A stretch of 64,000 nt of DNA from positions 1,057 to 65,056 of the forward strand of contig PAPJ01000029.1 in the NCBI GenBank assembly GCA_002709045.1. Reading direction: 5' to 3'. Under the pieces are notes generated by a model. The model saw only the letters and a list, made by a program, of their open reading frames with translations. It was not told where the DNA came from and ran no database searches. How positions within the stretch are numbered: the stretch's first letter is position 1; each line of letters starts with the position of its first letter. This document shows, in pieces, positions 1 through 9,641 of this stretch. Made by a program: the position numbers and the translations under genes. The DNA comes from Planctomycetaceae bacterium (GTDB taxonomy: Bacteria; Planctomycetota; Planctomycetia; Pirellulales; Pirellulaceae).

Positions 1-27
1 TTTATCTGCCTGTAGTCATCTCTGGCC

Positions 28-717
28 TTAGTCATCTCTGGGAATGATTGGTGCAGGTGGCACTGGTTGTCTAATCGGGGGTTGTTTTTCTGACCCTAAT
101 TTAGATTTGGAAGATGTCGTCCCGCTGGAAATGTGAGAGAACAATTCAGGCGTGGGCTGAGCCGGTATTTTGATTTCCACTCCAATAGGTAAAAGTTCAG
201 GCTTTGGAATCAATTCGCGATTCTGATGATAAATCCAATCTGCCAGATTGGCCTGCCCTAAAAAGTGCTCGGCAATTCCTGTAAGTGTGTCTCCATTTTG
301 AATGGTATAAACTGATAAGATCTCAGGTTTGATTTTGGAGAGATTGAGCCGGGCAACTTGTAACGAGGTACGTTCATCGTCGGCTGCTTGAGGGTAAGCG
401 TCACTGATTTCAGGTGGACGTGCCGGTATGAGTGATATGGTGGGAGGAGCGAGTGGAGCTCTAGCTTCCCGTTCCCGCTGTTGCGATTCGGTTTGATAAA
501 GTTTCCTAGTCGGAGATTCCAGCTTATCATCAGGAATAGGCTGAGCGGCTTCGACCGGGTCGAAAGGAAAAGACTGAACGATTGATTGGTGTATAGGCAC
601 GGACAGATTCTGATGCGTGTGTTCACCGTCCGTGGCATGTCGCTGAAATGGGATTGCTCCCAAACTTCCAGCAACCAGAATGCCCGTACCCACAACCCAA
701 TGTTTGTGGATAAGCAT
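28..717 (-). CDS. LysM domain-containing protein with N-terminal membrane anchor
   Basis: 229-aa ORF. It has an N-terminal hydrophobic helix (HWVVGTGILVAGSLGAIPF) and a Pro-rich linker. The C-terminal block is LysM-like: YTIQNGDTLTGIAEHFLG...IYHQNRELI...LPIGVEIKIP. Confidence 0.75.
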   Translation of the reverse strand: MLIHKHWVVGTGILVAGSLGAIPFQRHATDGEHTHQNLSVPIHQSIVQSFPFDPVEAAQPIPDDKLESPTRKLYQTESQQREREARAPLAPPTISLIPARPPEISDAYPQAADDERTSLQVARLNLSKIKPEILSVYTIQNGDTLTGIAEHFLGQANLADWIYHQNRELIPKPELLPIGVEIKIPAQPTPELFSHISSGTTSSKSKLGSEKQPPIRQPVPPAPIIPRDD

Positions 718-880
718 TTCTGTACCTTTATCATTTAATTAAGTGTCGGAAATATTCCTTACCCTTTTGAGGGTATCCAACACTTTCTCCATCGACAGAC
801 AAAGGCTTTAACACTTAACACAATCCACGTTTTTTTGCACAGCCCGCTGTGAGCTGTTCGGTCTGCATCGATCGTATTGA

Positions 881-1873
881 TTATAGCGCATTTGGATCGC
901 GACTGGACCACTCGAGCGTCTCATCTTTTTCCAGGCGATTGACCAGGAAATTATAGAACAAGGCATTTGGGTGTGGTTCCAGATTTGCCACATTAAGAAT
1001 CCCTGACCCTTGGGCACTAGTATTTAATCCAAATAGGAACAGTTTTGTTCCATCCCAATTAATCGTCCCGTCATTATTTTCCTGATCTTTGTGGAAACGG
1101 GTCAGTTGATTATGGATCCGTTTACTCTCTGAGAAATACTGAGAGTTCTGGGCGCCGGCGATGATCATGATATTCAGCTTTTGCTTCACCGTCGGGTGGG
1201 CCAGTCCCAGTTGAGGCGTTAGTCCTTTATGAGACTGTAAAGGCGTGAATAAAATCAATGCTTTCACATCCTGACCATTACGAATCAGGCCTTTCCCAGG
1301 TTTATTCCAGTCCAAGGCGGCCCAGTTCAGGGCTATCACAGCGGTAACATCGGAACCAACAACGGTCAGCTTCTCCAGGTTTAACTCACCTTTATCATTC
1401 CTCGTACGCAGGAATGTTTTGCAGGCTTCAATGTCTTGTACCACACTAACAAACTCTGCTTTGGAAAATTTTTCACGGTCGATCTCCAGACGGTCGTTGA
1501 TATCGCGGGGATTGCGGCGTTGAACCGATTTACCGTGCCCACGTAAGTCCGGGATAATCACGGCGTGCCCCATGTGTTCCTGAATCGCGCTAGCTAGCTT
1601 GGTGTAAACAGCACTGTTGGCTGACACATTGAGCATACTGTGAAGCATGATGATAGGGATGGAGTCCTTGCCTTTGGTTCCGGGATAGAACTTTACGTTC
1701 AGAAAGACCCCGTCTTTGGTTTCCAATACATGGGATTCAACCGGAGGCAGCTTTTTTTCCGGCTTATCCTCATCCTGCGCCATCATCAGTGAGTTCAAAC
1801 TGAATGTCATCAGCATTACCCAGACAAATTGAGTAGACAATCGTAAGTTCATACGAATTCGAGAACGGAACAT
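881..1873 (-). CDS. secreted alpha/beta-hydrolase fold protein
   Basis: 330-aa ORF with a signal peptide (VWVMLMTFSLNSLMMAQ). Hydrolase-like blocks are IIMLHS, DLRGHGKS and an elbow-like VVGSDVTAV. The family was not identified further. Confidence 0.6.
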   Translation of the reverse strand: MFRSRIRMNLRLSTQFVWVMLMTFSLNSLMMAQDEDKPEKKLPPVESHVLETKDGVFLNVKFYPGTKGKDSIPIIMLHSMLNVSANSAVYTKLASAIQEHMGHAVIIPDLRGHGKSVQRRNPRDINDRLEIDREKFSKAEFVSVVQDIEACKTFLRTRNDKGELNLEKLTVVGSDVTAVIALNWAALDWNKPGKGLIRNGQDVKALILFTPLQSHKGLTPQLGLAHPTVKQKLNIMIIAGAQNSQYFSESKRIHNQLTRFHKDQENNDGTINWDGTKLFLFGLNTSAQGSGILNVANLEPHPNALFYNFLVNRLEKDETLEWSSRDPNAL

Positions 1874-2272
1874 AACCTACAGGACTCCTCAGTGGTCGGT
1901 TAACAGCAGGGGGTTACTATTTGATACGAGCAAAAGGTACATAAAAAAGGGTGCTTTCTGCAAGAGGAAGCCAACCCTTCTTCACTTTTTCAATACTAGA
2001 GCCGAATCGGTTGTGCGTCAAATTAATCTTGATCTCGGCCGGCACCTGGTGAATGTTTGGGTTGGATGAGTACATTCGGGTACCTGCAAGCGTTCTAATT
2101 GGTGTAGTCACAGCAGTGGATTCACTATTAGAATCTCTCAATTGGCTTGCTTTTTAGTGCTTTCACGTAAAAAATAGAGATAGACAGCTCGCCTATTGGT
2201 GTCGATATTTCCAATAGGTTTCAGGCAAATGCAATACGGATGATTAGTCTGTGTAAATAGCGGAGAAATAAA

Positions 2273-4282
2273 GTGGTAAAACGGTCAAAACTGGTCCAGT
2301 GGTGGCAGGCCCGTACAGGCGAAGAGGAAACTCCGTTTGATTCAGATTCCTCAGCTTTTCTGCTCTCGGTCTTGGTGCATGTTGCGATCTTAGTTGCTCT
2401 GGGTTTGTGGCCTCTTCTGGCTGGTCAGGATGAGGATTCTTTGATGATCACGACCACCAAGGTTGATGTTCAGGAGATCACCGAACCTACGCCTCCTGAA
2501 CAGATTCATTTCAGTGAGCAGGAGATGGCAGAGGTTGGCGCTAACAGTGATCTAGGTACACAAATGGCATTGTCAGAGGCTCCTGTGATTGCTGAAATTT
2601 CAGAGATCCCAAGTCCCGCAGATCCTTCCGATCGGGAAGTTGCCGAAATTTTACTTAATAATCAGGTTGTTCAGGCAACAGGTCTTCACTTCAATGAAAA
2701 TTTGGCTGTTCGTGGTGCTGTGGGAACCGGCACAACGGGGGCCAGTGGTGCTGTTGATCGCATCACCAATGAAATTCTTTTATCGCTTGAAGAACGGCGT
2801 ACACTTGTGATCTGGTTGTTTGATCAGTCCGGAAGCTTGGCTCGTCAGCGTGAGAGGATCCATGACCGCTTTGGTCGTATTTACGAAGAGTTAGGGATTC
2901 TTGAAGCAGCAGAAAACGAGGCATTTAAAGGAAAAGAACCATTGCTGACGCAGGTCATGGCTTTCGGGAAATCGATTTCCAAAATGATGAAGCAGCCGAC
3001 CGCAAATCTGGCCGAAATCAAAGAAGCCGTCAAAGCGATCCCACAGGATGACACAGGGGTCGAGTTGACATTTGAAGCCGTAGTCCGAGCGGTAAACGGG
3101 CATGTGGAATATCGCCGGCCAGATGCCAATGGTGATCCTAAACGTAATGTGATGATTATCGTTGTTTCTGATGAAGCAGGTGAAGATCAGGCTAATGTTG
3201 ATTTAGCGGTTAAAACTTGTCAGAAACTGGCAGTCCCGGTTTATGTGATCGGAGTTCCGGCTCCGTTTGGTCGTCAGGAAACACTTGTGAAGTGGGTAGA
3301 CCCGGATCCGATGTATGATCAGACGCCGCAATGGGGACGAGTAAATCAGGGTCCTGAATCGGTCATGGCTGAACGTGTTAAACTAAATTTTATTGGCAGT
3401 GGGGAGGAAGATATTCCTATCGACTCAGGTTTCGGGCCATGGGCTTTAACACGCCTTTGTTATGAAACCGGCGGAATTTATTTTGCCGTACATCCAAACC
3501 GAAATGTTAATCAGTCGGTATCCCGTAAACAGGTTACGGCATACTCGTCACACCTGCAGCAGTTCTTTGACCCAACAATCATGCGGGACTATCGCCCCGA
3601 TTATGTGAATTATCGAGAGTATGAACGTCGGCTGAAGGAATCGAAGATGCGAACAGCTTTGGTGCAGGCAGCTCAGATGTCCTGGAGTACTCCGATGCGT
3701 GACCCTCAGACCAGATTTGTTAAGCGAGATGAAGCGGCCTTTAGTAATGAATTATCAGAATCTCAAAAGCAGGCAGCGCAGCTTGAGCCACAACTGGAGA
3801 ATCTGTATCAGTTTCTGCTGATTGGTGAAGCGGATCGTGATCAGGAGAAGTCGATGCGTTGGAAAGCTGGCTATGATCTTGCCTTAGGACGCGTACTGGC
3901 AACTAAAGTACGCACTGAGACATATAACGCGATGTTGGCGGTAGCCAAGCGTGGTCTGAAACTGGAGGATCCGAAGTCAAATACGTTTACGCTCGTACCG
4001 GCCGATAGTGTTACGGTGGGAAGTCAATATAAAAAGAACGCCGACAAAGCGAAGGCTCTGCTTGAAGGTGTGATTCGTGATCACGAAAGTACACCATGGG
4101 CCTATCTGGCTAAAAAGGAGCTATCGACGCCGATTGGATGGGAATGGAAAGAGTCCTACACGGACCTTGCACCTCCTCCCCGCCCCGGAGTAGGTAACGG
4201 TGGTAATCCTCCACCAGCTCAAAATGATGCTGCTAATATGATCAAGAAACCGCCACCAAAGCGTCGCCCTCCAAAATTGTAA
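2273..4282 (+). CDS. membrane-anchored von Willebrand factor type A (VWA) domain protein
   Basis: 669-aa ORF with an N-terminal TM helix (FLLSVLVHVAILVALGLWPLL). It has a MIDAS-like DxSxS motif (LFDQSGSL), a later VVSDEAGED block, and a Pro/Lys-rich C-terminus. Confidence 0.75.
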   Translation: MVKRSKLVQWWQARTGEEETPFDSDSSAFLLSVLVHVAILVALGLWPLLAGQDEDSLMITTTKVDVQEITEPTPPEQIHFSEQEMAEVGANSDLGTQMALSEAPVIAEISEIPSPADPSDREVAEILLNNQVVQATGLHFNENLAVRGAVGTGTTGASGAVDRITNEILLSLEERRTLVIWLFDQSGSLARQRERIHDRFGRIYEELGILEAAENEAFKGKEPLLTQVMAFGKSISKMMKQPTANLAEIKEAVKAIPQDDTGVELTFEAVVRAVNGHVEYRRPDANGDPKRNVMIIVVSDEAGEDQANVDLAVKTCQKLAVPVYVIGVPAPFGRQETLVKWVDPDPMYDQTPQWGRVNQGPESVMAERVKLNFIGSGEEDIPIDSGFGPWALTRLCYETGGIYFAVHPNRNVNQSVSRKQVTAYSSHLQQFFDPTIMRDYRPDYVNYREYERRLKESKMRTALVQAAQMSWSTPMRDPQTRFVKRDEAAFSNELSESQKQAAQLEPQLENLYQFLLIGEADRDQEKSMRWKAGYDLALGRVLATKVRTETYNAMLAVAKRGLKLEDPKSNTFTLVPADSVTVGSQYKKNADKAKALLEGVIRDHESTPWAYLAKKELSTPIGWEWKESYTDLAPPPRPGVGNGGNPPPAQNDAANMIKKPPPKRRPPKL

Positions 4283-4376
4283 TAATTCGTTCAGATAACT
4301 ATTTAGTTTTACGAATGCAAAAGGGTGCAAAATCCCCGAGTCTTTCGGGTACTGCTTAGCCGCGAAGGGAAATAAG

Positions 4377-4796
4377 TTGCACGAGATCCCCTGGTTTTTT
4401 CGGTACATTCTTGGGGTTATGAGTCTTGTGATGGCCGCTGTTCTGGTAACTGCAGCCGTATTGGAACCGTCAGCTGAAGGGATGGGAACCCACGAACAAC
4501 TTGGGCTAAGTCCTTGTTTCTTTCCGGAGAAGTTAGGGTATCCCTGTCCGGCCTGCGGCATGACAACTTCCTGGGCTCATTTGATGGATGGTAATGTTCA
4601 CGCGTCGGCCGAAGTGAATTTAGGCGGATTTCTGCTCGCTGTCACATGTCTGTTCTGCGTGCCCTGGTTTATGATTTCGGCGATAAAAGGTCGCTGGATT
4701 TTTATGAGAATGACCGACGGGAGGATATTGGTATTCTTAGTAAGCTGGCTTTTAGTTACTATGGCCGACTGGGTGATACGCCGTTTACTAATATGA
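4377..4796 (+). CDS. DUF2752-like small membrane protein
   Basis: 139-aa ORF with several hydrophobic segments and the CPxCG motif (YPCPACGMTTSW) remembered from the DUF2752 family. Confidence 0.6.
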   Translation: MHEIPWFFRYILGVMSLVMAAVLVTAAVLEPSAEGMGTHEQLGLSPCFFPEKLGYPCPACGMTTSWAHLMDGNVHASAEVNLGGFLLAVTCLFCVPWFMISAIKGRWIFMRMTDGRILVFLVSWLLVTMADWVIRRLLI

Positions 4797-4815
4797 ATGC
4801 AGGACGCAGAAACTA

Positions 4816-5466
4816 ATGTCACGGACTCGACGGAATTTCTTCATTTTACTAGCTCTCACTTCTTTGGCTCCGCTTTCCGGTTGTGCCGGTTTGCTCGCCT
4901 ATCCACTGTACGTGATTAAGGGAGATAGTGTGCCTGCTAATTACGATAAACTGGCTGGAAAACGTGTTGCTGTCATTTGTAAGTCAGCCTCAGCAGCTTC
5001 AGGTCCTAATTCACCGGAGTCTCTGATCAGTCGTCAGTTTAGTCAACTTCTTCAGGAACGCGTTTCCAAGGTTGAAATCGTACCTGTCGAAGAAGTCGCA
5101 GACTGGATTGATCGTAATAACTGGAATGAAATTGATTGTATTGAAGTGGGACGAGGAGTGAACGCTGACGCTGTTGTACTACTGGCAGTGGAGTCGTTTA
5201 GTTTGAAAGACAGTCCCACGTTGTTTAAAGGACGTTCTACGGTGACCACCAAGGTCTATGACATCATTCAGGATGGTAAGGTGGACTATCAGGCCAATAC
5301 CTTCGATTTTACCTACCCGGAGAACGGCGGCCGTCATACAACCGAACTTAGTGACGCAGCCTTCCAGCGTCAGTTTACCAAGGCTCTCAGTCGTCATCTG
5401 GCAAAAGATTTCTTCAAGTATGACAAGTCAGAAGATTATGCTCAGGATGCCACTCTGATTCAGTAG
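4816..5466 (+). CDS. putative lipoprotein, function unknown
   Basis: 216-aa ORF. The signal peptide ends in a lipobox-like LAPLSGC. No catalytic motif was recognised. Confidence 0.65.
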   Translation: MSRTRRNFFILLALTSLAPLSGCAGLLAYPLYVIKGDSVPANYDKLAGKRVAVICKSASAASGPNSPESLISRQFSQLLQERVSKVEIVPVEEVADWIDRNNWNEIDCIEVGRGVNADAVVLLAVESFSLKDSPTLFKGRSTVTTKVYDIIQDGKVDYQANTFDFTYPENGGRHTTELSDAAFQRQFTKALSRHLAKDFFKYDKSEDYAQDATLIQ

Positions 5467-5520
5467 TCGCGGATGATCTGAAGTACTGAAAATGCTGCCA
5501 GCAGAACTCCTTGCCTTTGC

Positions 5521-6309
5521 TTAAAACTGATCTGCTCTGATGCAGATTCGTTCAATACTCTTAGCCTTTCCTGTATGGATGTTCACATCCAGAATAGCTC
5601 CACCCATCCGAACGTCTTCGGTGGCAACTCGGAACTGTGTTGGCCGAAACGTAGTGGTTGCTTCGGTGACAGCTGATATTTTGCGGCCGAGGATGCTTTC
5701 ATAGGGCCCAGTCATGCCGACATCACACTGGAATGCTGTTCCACCGGGAAGGATACATTCATCGGCAGTGGGCACATGCGTATGTGTTCCCAGCACCGCT
5801 GTTACTCGACCATCGAGATATCTGCCCATCAGTTGTTTGTCACTGGTTGCTTCGGCGTGAAAGTCAATCAGAATAACTCTGACTGTGGATGGAATCTGAC
5901 TGAGGATTTTATCAGCAGCCTTGAAAGGACAGTCTACCGGTTTCATAAAGACTCGCCCGATCAGGCTGATAATAGCAATCTGTTCTCCGGCCGCTTCACC
6001 GATGATGGCCAGTTTTTTCCCGGGAGCATCCTCTGGAAAGTTGGCCGGTTTTACGATATTCGACTGACTTTCCAGCGTGGTGTAGATCTCTTTACGTCGA
6101 TAAATATGATCGCCCAGAGTGATCGCGTCGATACCGGCGGCCACTAGCTTTTCGTAGATTTGGGGAGTCAGCCCTGAGCCATCCGCCGAATTTTCGGCAT
6201 TGGCAATTACCACATCTATATTATGTCTGGTTCGAATAGCATTGAGGTTATTACAAACCATGGTATATCCAGGTTTGCCGACAATGTCTCCGATAAATAA
6301 GATCCGCAC
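5521..6309 (-). CDS. ymdB: YmdB-family metallophosphoesterase (2',3'-cyclic-nucleotide phosphodiesterase, TIGR00282-like)
   Basis: 262 aa. Motifs are MRILFIGDIVGKPG, ANAENSADGSG, LGDH, DFHAEATSDK and GTHTHV. It lies 39 nt downstream of rny on the same strand. Confidence 0.9.
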   Translation of the reverse strand: MRILFIGDIVGKPGYTMVCNNLNAIRTRHNIDVVIANAENSADGSGLTPQIYEKLVAAGIDAITLGDHIYRRKEIYTTLESQSNIVKPANFPEDAPGKKLAIIGEAAGEQIAIISLIGRVFMKPVDCPFKAADKILSQIPSTVRVILIDFHAEATSDKQLMGRYLDGRVTAVLGTHTHVPTADECILPGGTAFQCDVGMTGPYESILGRKISAVTEATTTFRPTQFRVATEDVRMGGAILDVNIHTGKAKSIERICIRADQF

Positions 6310-6348
6310 GACTTTGATCTCCGCGGTTGTAAGTGAGTCAACAAAAAC

Positions 6349-7926
6349 CTAACGAGCAAATTCTGTAAAGCGACTTTCACGAATGACAGTCACTTTAATT
6401 TCACCCGGATAGGTGAGTTGTTCTTCAAACTGTTTTGCAATACCGCGAGCAACCTTTGCGGCCGACGCGTCATCAGCTTTCTCGGAACTAATAATCACTC
6501 GTAGTTCACGTCCTGCCTGAATCGCATAAGCCTGTTGTACACCATTGTGCTCCCGAGCAATAGATTCCAGTTCTTCCATTCGTTTGATATATCGGTCCAG
6601 TGATTCCCGGCGGGCACCCGGGCGTGAGGCTGAACATGCATCTCCCGTGGCGGTTAGAACGGTATATGGATATTCGGAAACGATTTCGTCATGGTGTCCA
6701 AAGGCTGCATGGACAACTTCAGGCGATTCGCCATGGCGTTTTAGCAGGTCCGCTCCGATTTGCGGATGTCCCCCTTCAAGTTCATGGTCAGCAGCCTTTC
6801 CGATGTCATGCAGCAAGCCTGCTCGGCGGCCTATATCTGCATCGAGTCCCACCATCTCAGCCAGCATCCCGGCCATAAAAGCGACTTCGATACTGTGTCG
6901 TAGCACGTTTTGGCTATAACTGGTTCTGAAATGCAGTCGCCCTAACATATAGATGATGCGTTCGTGAAGTCCCGTCACATTGACCTCCATTGCCGCCTCT
7001 TCGCCCTTTTTGATGATGAATTTTTCAATGGTTTTCTCTGTTTCTTGTACTACTTCTTCGATACGCGAGGGGTGAATACGACCGTCGGTAATGAGGTCGC
7101 TAAGAGAGCGTCGGGCGATTTCACGGCGAACAGGATCAAAGCTGGAAACGATCACGACACCGGGTGTATCGTCAATAATTACGTCGACTCCAGTCGCCTT
7201 TTCAAAGGCTCGGATATTACGCCCTTCACGCCCAATAATCCTGCCTTTCATTTCATCACTAGGGATATCAATTGTACTTGTTGTACTGTCAGCGGTATGT
7301 GTAGATGCATAACGCTGCATTGTCATGATCAGCATTTCACGAGATTTCTCTTGGCAGACTTCCTGGAGGCTCTTCTCGTGCTTTAGAATGACCGCACCCA
7401 TTTCCTGCTCAAGTTCATCTTCCAGAAGCTCCAGCAGCCGTGTGGTGGCCTCTGCCTTGGTCAGGCTGGTAAGCTCCATTAGCGATGAACAATGTTTCTC
7501 GAGTTGTCTGTCGAGTTCTTTTTGACGTTGTTCAGCGACCAGCAGTTTGTCCGTTAGTCGTTGCTGATTCGCCTGTACCATCTTCTCCTGTTTTCGTAGT
7601 GAGTCTTCGCGTTGGCTGATCTGATTCTCCTGTACGTTGAGCTGGTCTTCTTGCTCACGTAAATGTTCTCTGGACTGACGAAGTTCTTTTTCAGCTTCTG
7701 ATTTGTACTGAATCTCCGCTTCTTTGGCTGCGATCTTAGCCTCTGAAATGATCTGTTTGGCCTCCAGTTCGTGTTCCTTGAGTTTTGTCGCCCGGTTTTT
7801 CTTTTGTAGAGTATTAGTAAGGATCAGTGCGATGATGACTCCGGTAATGACACCCGAAAGGCCGAAAACGCCTTCGGTTGCCGTGATTGCGATAATCAGG
7901 CACGGAAATATTAAGGATATGGACAT
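6349..7926 (-). CDS. rny: ribonuclease Y
   Basis: 525 aa. It has an N-terminal TM anchor and a long E/K/Q-rich coiled coil. The KH domain ([15 protein letters not shown]) and HD domain ([11 protein letters not shown]) are both present. Confidence 0.95.
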   Translation of the reverse strand: MSISLIFPCLIIAITATEGVFGLSGVITGVIIALILTNTLQKKNRATKLKEHELEAKQIISEAKIAAKEAEIQYKSEAEKELRQSREHLREQEDQLNVQENQISQREDSLRKQEKMVQANQQRLTDKLLVAEQRQKELDRQLEKHCSSLMELTSLTKAEATTRLLELLEDELEQEMGAVILKHEKSLQEVCQEKSREMLIMTMQRYASTHTADSTTSTIDIPSDEMKGRIIGREGRNIRAFEKATGVDVIIDDTPGVVIVSSFDPVRREIARRSLSDLITDGRIHPSRIEEVVQETEKTIEKFIIKKGEEAAMEVNVTGLHERIIYMLGRLHFRTSYSQNVLRHSIEVAFMAGMLAEMVGLDADIGRRAGLLHDIGKAADHELEGGHPQIGADLLKRHGESPEVVHAAFGHHDEIVSEYPYTVLTATGDACSASRPGARRESLDRYIKRMEELESIAREHNGVQQAYAIQAGRELRVIISSEKADDASAAKVARGIAKQFEEQLTYPGEIKVTVIRESRFTEFAR

Positions 7927-8565
7927 AAGGATTTTCCCGTTCGATATATCGAGCGACCGTTACAAGCGTGGTGACGTCCGCTGTAATCCAAATGCCCATT
8001 AGCTACTGTAATGAAAATGTAGTTTGAGATAAATGTAAGGTCGATTACATGAATAGTCGCTTGTCAGTACATTGCAAAGCGGCCTGTTTTATGGACGCGT
8101 CTTGCCTTTTTGAAGTGTCGGGGAAATTGACAAAAATCTTGTGTACTGATGATTTCGAGCAATCCCACCGGAGTGGAAAAACCAGAACTGCAGGCGTGAT
8201 TGGCATCTTATAGTCAGACTTCACTAATGTAACACGCATCGGCTGTGTTGAAGGTGTGACTAGCAGCAAGGAATCATTGCTCAAGCAATTCTTAACGGCT
8301 GATAATAGTACCGTTAATATGCTTAAATCGAAAGCAGCGATCGCTTTACTAAAGACAATCGAAATGTAATCCGAAAACCGAATCATAAAAAATCTCAAAC
8401 AAACATCTTCGCAGTAGGGGCTTTCTTCAGAATACGGCGCTCTACAAAGTGTTTTAAGTTTGGTTTATTGGGTTTACCATTGATAAGTCGCTTTTTTAAG
8501 ACTCACGTTCGTCATAAAATGCGACAAGACCAATTTACCAGACAGAGAGTCCGCTCTGCAACTTT

Positions 8566-9612
8566 TTGAGCCCCCAGTCAAAGCGGTTAATGGCCCGGAA
8601 TTATTTGAGAGTGTCAGAATTTAGCGAACAGGCAGACTATCACGACTTTGAAGTGATTCTTCAACAGGAATTTGCGACCTCCAAATGGCATGATGTCCGT
8701 GTAATTCTGGCAGTTTCAGGTGGAGCTGACAGTGTGGCACTGCTACGAGGGCTTTATGCTCTAAGAGCTAAGCAGAGCCACGGTGAACTGCATGTTGTTC
8801 ATGTGAATCATCGATGGCGTGGAGAGCAATCCGATGCTGATGAGCAATTCGTTGCTGATTTATGTGTCCATTTGGAGGTTAAATGTCATCGACTTCGAAT
8901 TCAGGCAGAGAACAAAACAGAAGAAGAAGCGCGTAATCAGCGTTATCAGATTTTTCTGGAAAAAGCTCGTGAATTAGGTGCTCGTTATGTACTCACCGCA
9001 CATACACAGGACGATCAGATCGAGACTTTAATTGACCGGATCTTTCGCGGTACAGGATTGACGGGTTTACAGGGTATTCCCCGTACAAGAATCCTGGATC
9101 ATGGTATTACGCTTCTGCGGCCTATGTTGACGCATACGCGTACACAGGTACTCAACTACCTTCACAAGTTAGATCAGGACTACCGAGAGGATAGTTCAAA
9201 TCAAAGCCTTGACTATACACGCAACAGAATTCGTAATGAATTGTTACCGCTATTGAAATCACAATATCACAGTGATGCTGATCAGGCCGTACTGCGATTA
9301 AGAGAAACGGCATTGGAGTTGTCTGATTATCTGGCCGCAGAAGCTGGGCAGGTAGCCGAGAAAGTTTTACAGGTGTGTAGTCATGAGCAAGTCGTATTAG
9401 AGTGTACGGCTTTTCAAGGTGTTGCCTCGGTTATTGTGCGTGAGGTCTTAGTACAGCTTTGGCAGCAAGCTGATTGGCCGCGTCAGGCGATGACGCGTGG
9501 TCATTGGTTGCAGCTTGAGACTATGGTGTTAGGAGCCAGTGATCCGCTAATGTTTCCTGGTAGTATCCGCGCAGAAAAAAACGGCGAGTTGCTTTCGCTA
9601 ACTCGCCGTTAA
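8566..9612 (+). CDS. tilS: tRNA(Ile)-lysidine synthetase
   Basis: 348 aa with the PP-loop SGGADSVAL and HVNHRWRG. The ORF starts at TTG 8566; an in-frame ATG at 8593 is an alternative start. Confidence 0.85.
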   Translation: MSPQSKRLMARNYLRVSEFSEQADYHDFEVILQQEFATSKWHDVRVILAVSGGADSVALLRGLYALRAKQSHGELHVVHVNHRWRGEQSDADEQFVADLCVHLEVKCHRLRIQAENKTEEEARNQRYQIFLEKARELGARYVLTAHTQDDQIETLIDRIFRGTGLTGLQGIPRTRILDHGITLLRPMLTHTRTQVLNYLHKLDQDYREDSSNQSLDYTRNRIRNELLPLLKSQYHSDADQAVLRLRETALELSDYLAAEAGQVAEKVLQVCSHEQVVLECTAFQGVASVIVREVLVQLWQQADWPRQAMTRGHWLQLETMVLGASDPLMFPGSIRAEKNGELLSLTRR

Positions 9613-9641
9613 TCTCAATCTATAAGAGATGGGACAAGAGT

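Noticed and set aside
1917-2141. 74-aa minus-strand ORF between the alpha/beta hydrolase and VWA genes
   Set aside because: It has a TTG start without an RBS, and the internal ATG (2075) also lacks one. No motif was recognised. It could be a real small protein, but the evidence is insufficient to call.
8045-8398. 117-aa minus-strand ORF in the rny-tilS spacer
   Set aside because: It has no RBS and a low-complexity, hydrophobic/Ser-rich composition unlike the neighbouring genes. It is probably a chance ORF in AT-rich non-coding DNA.
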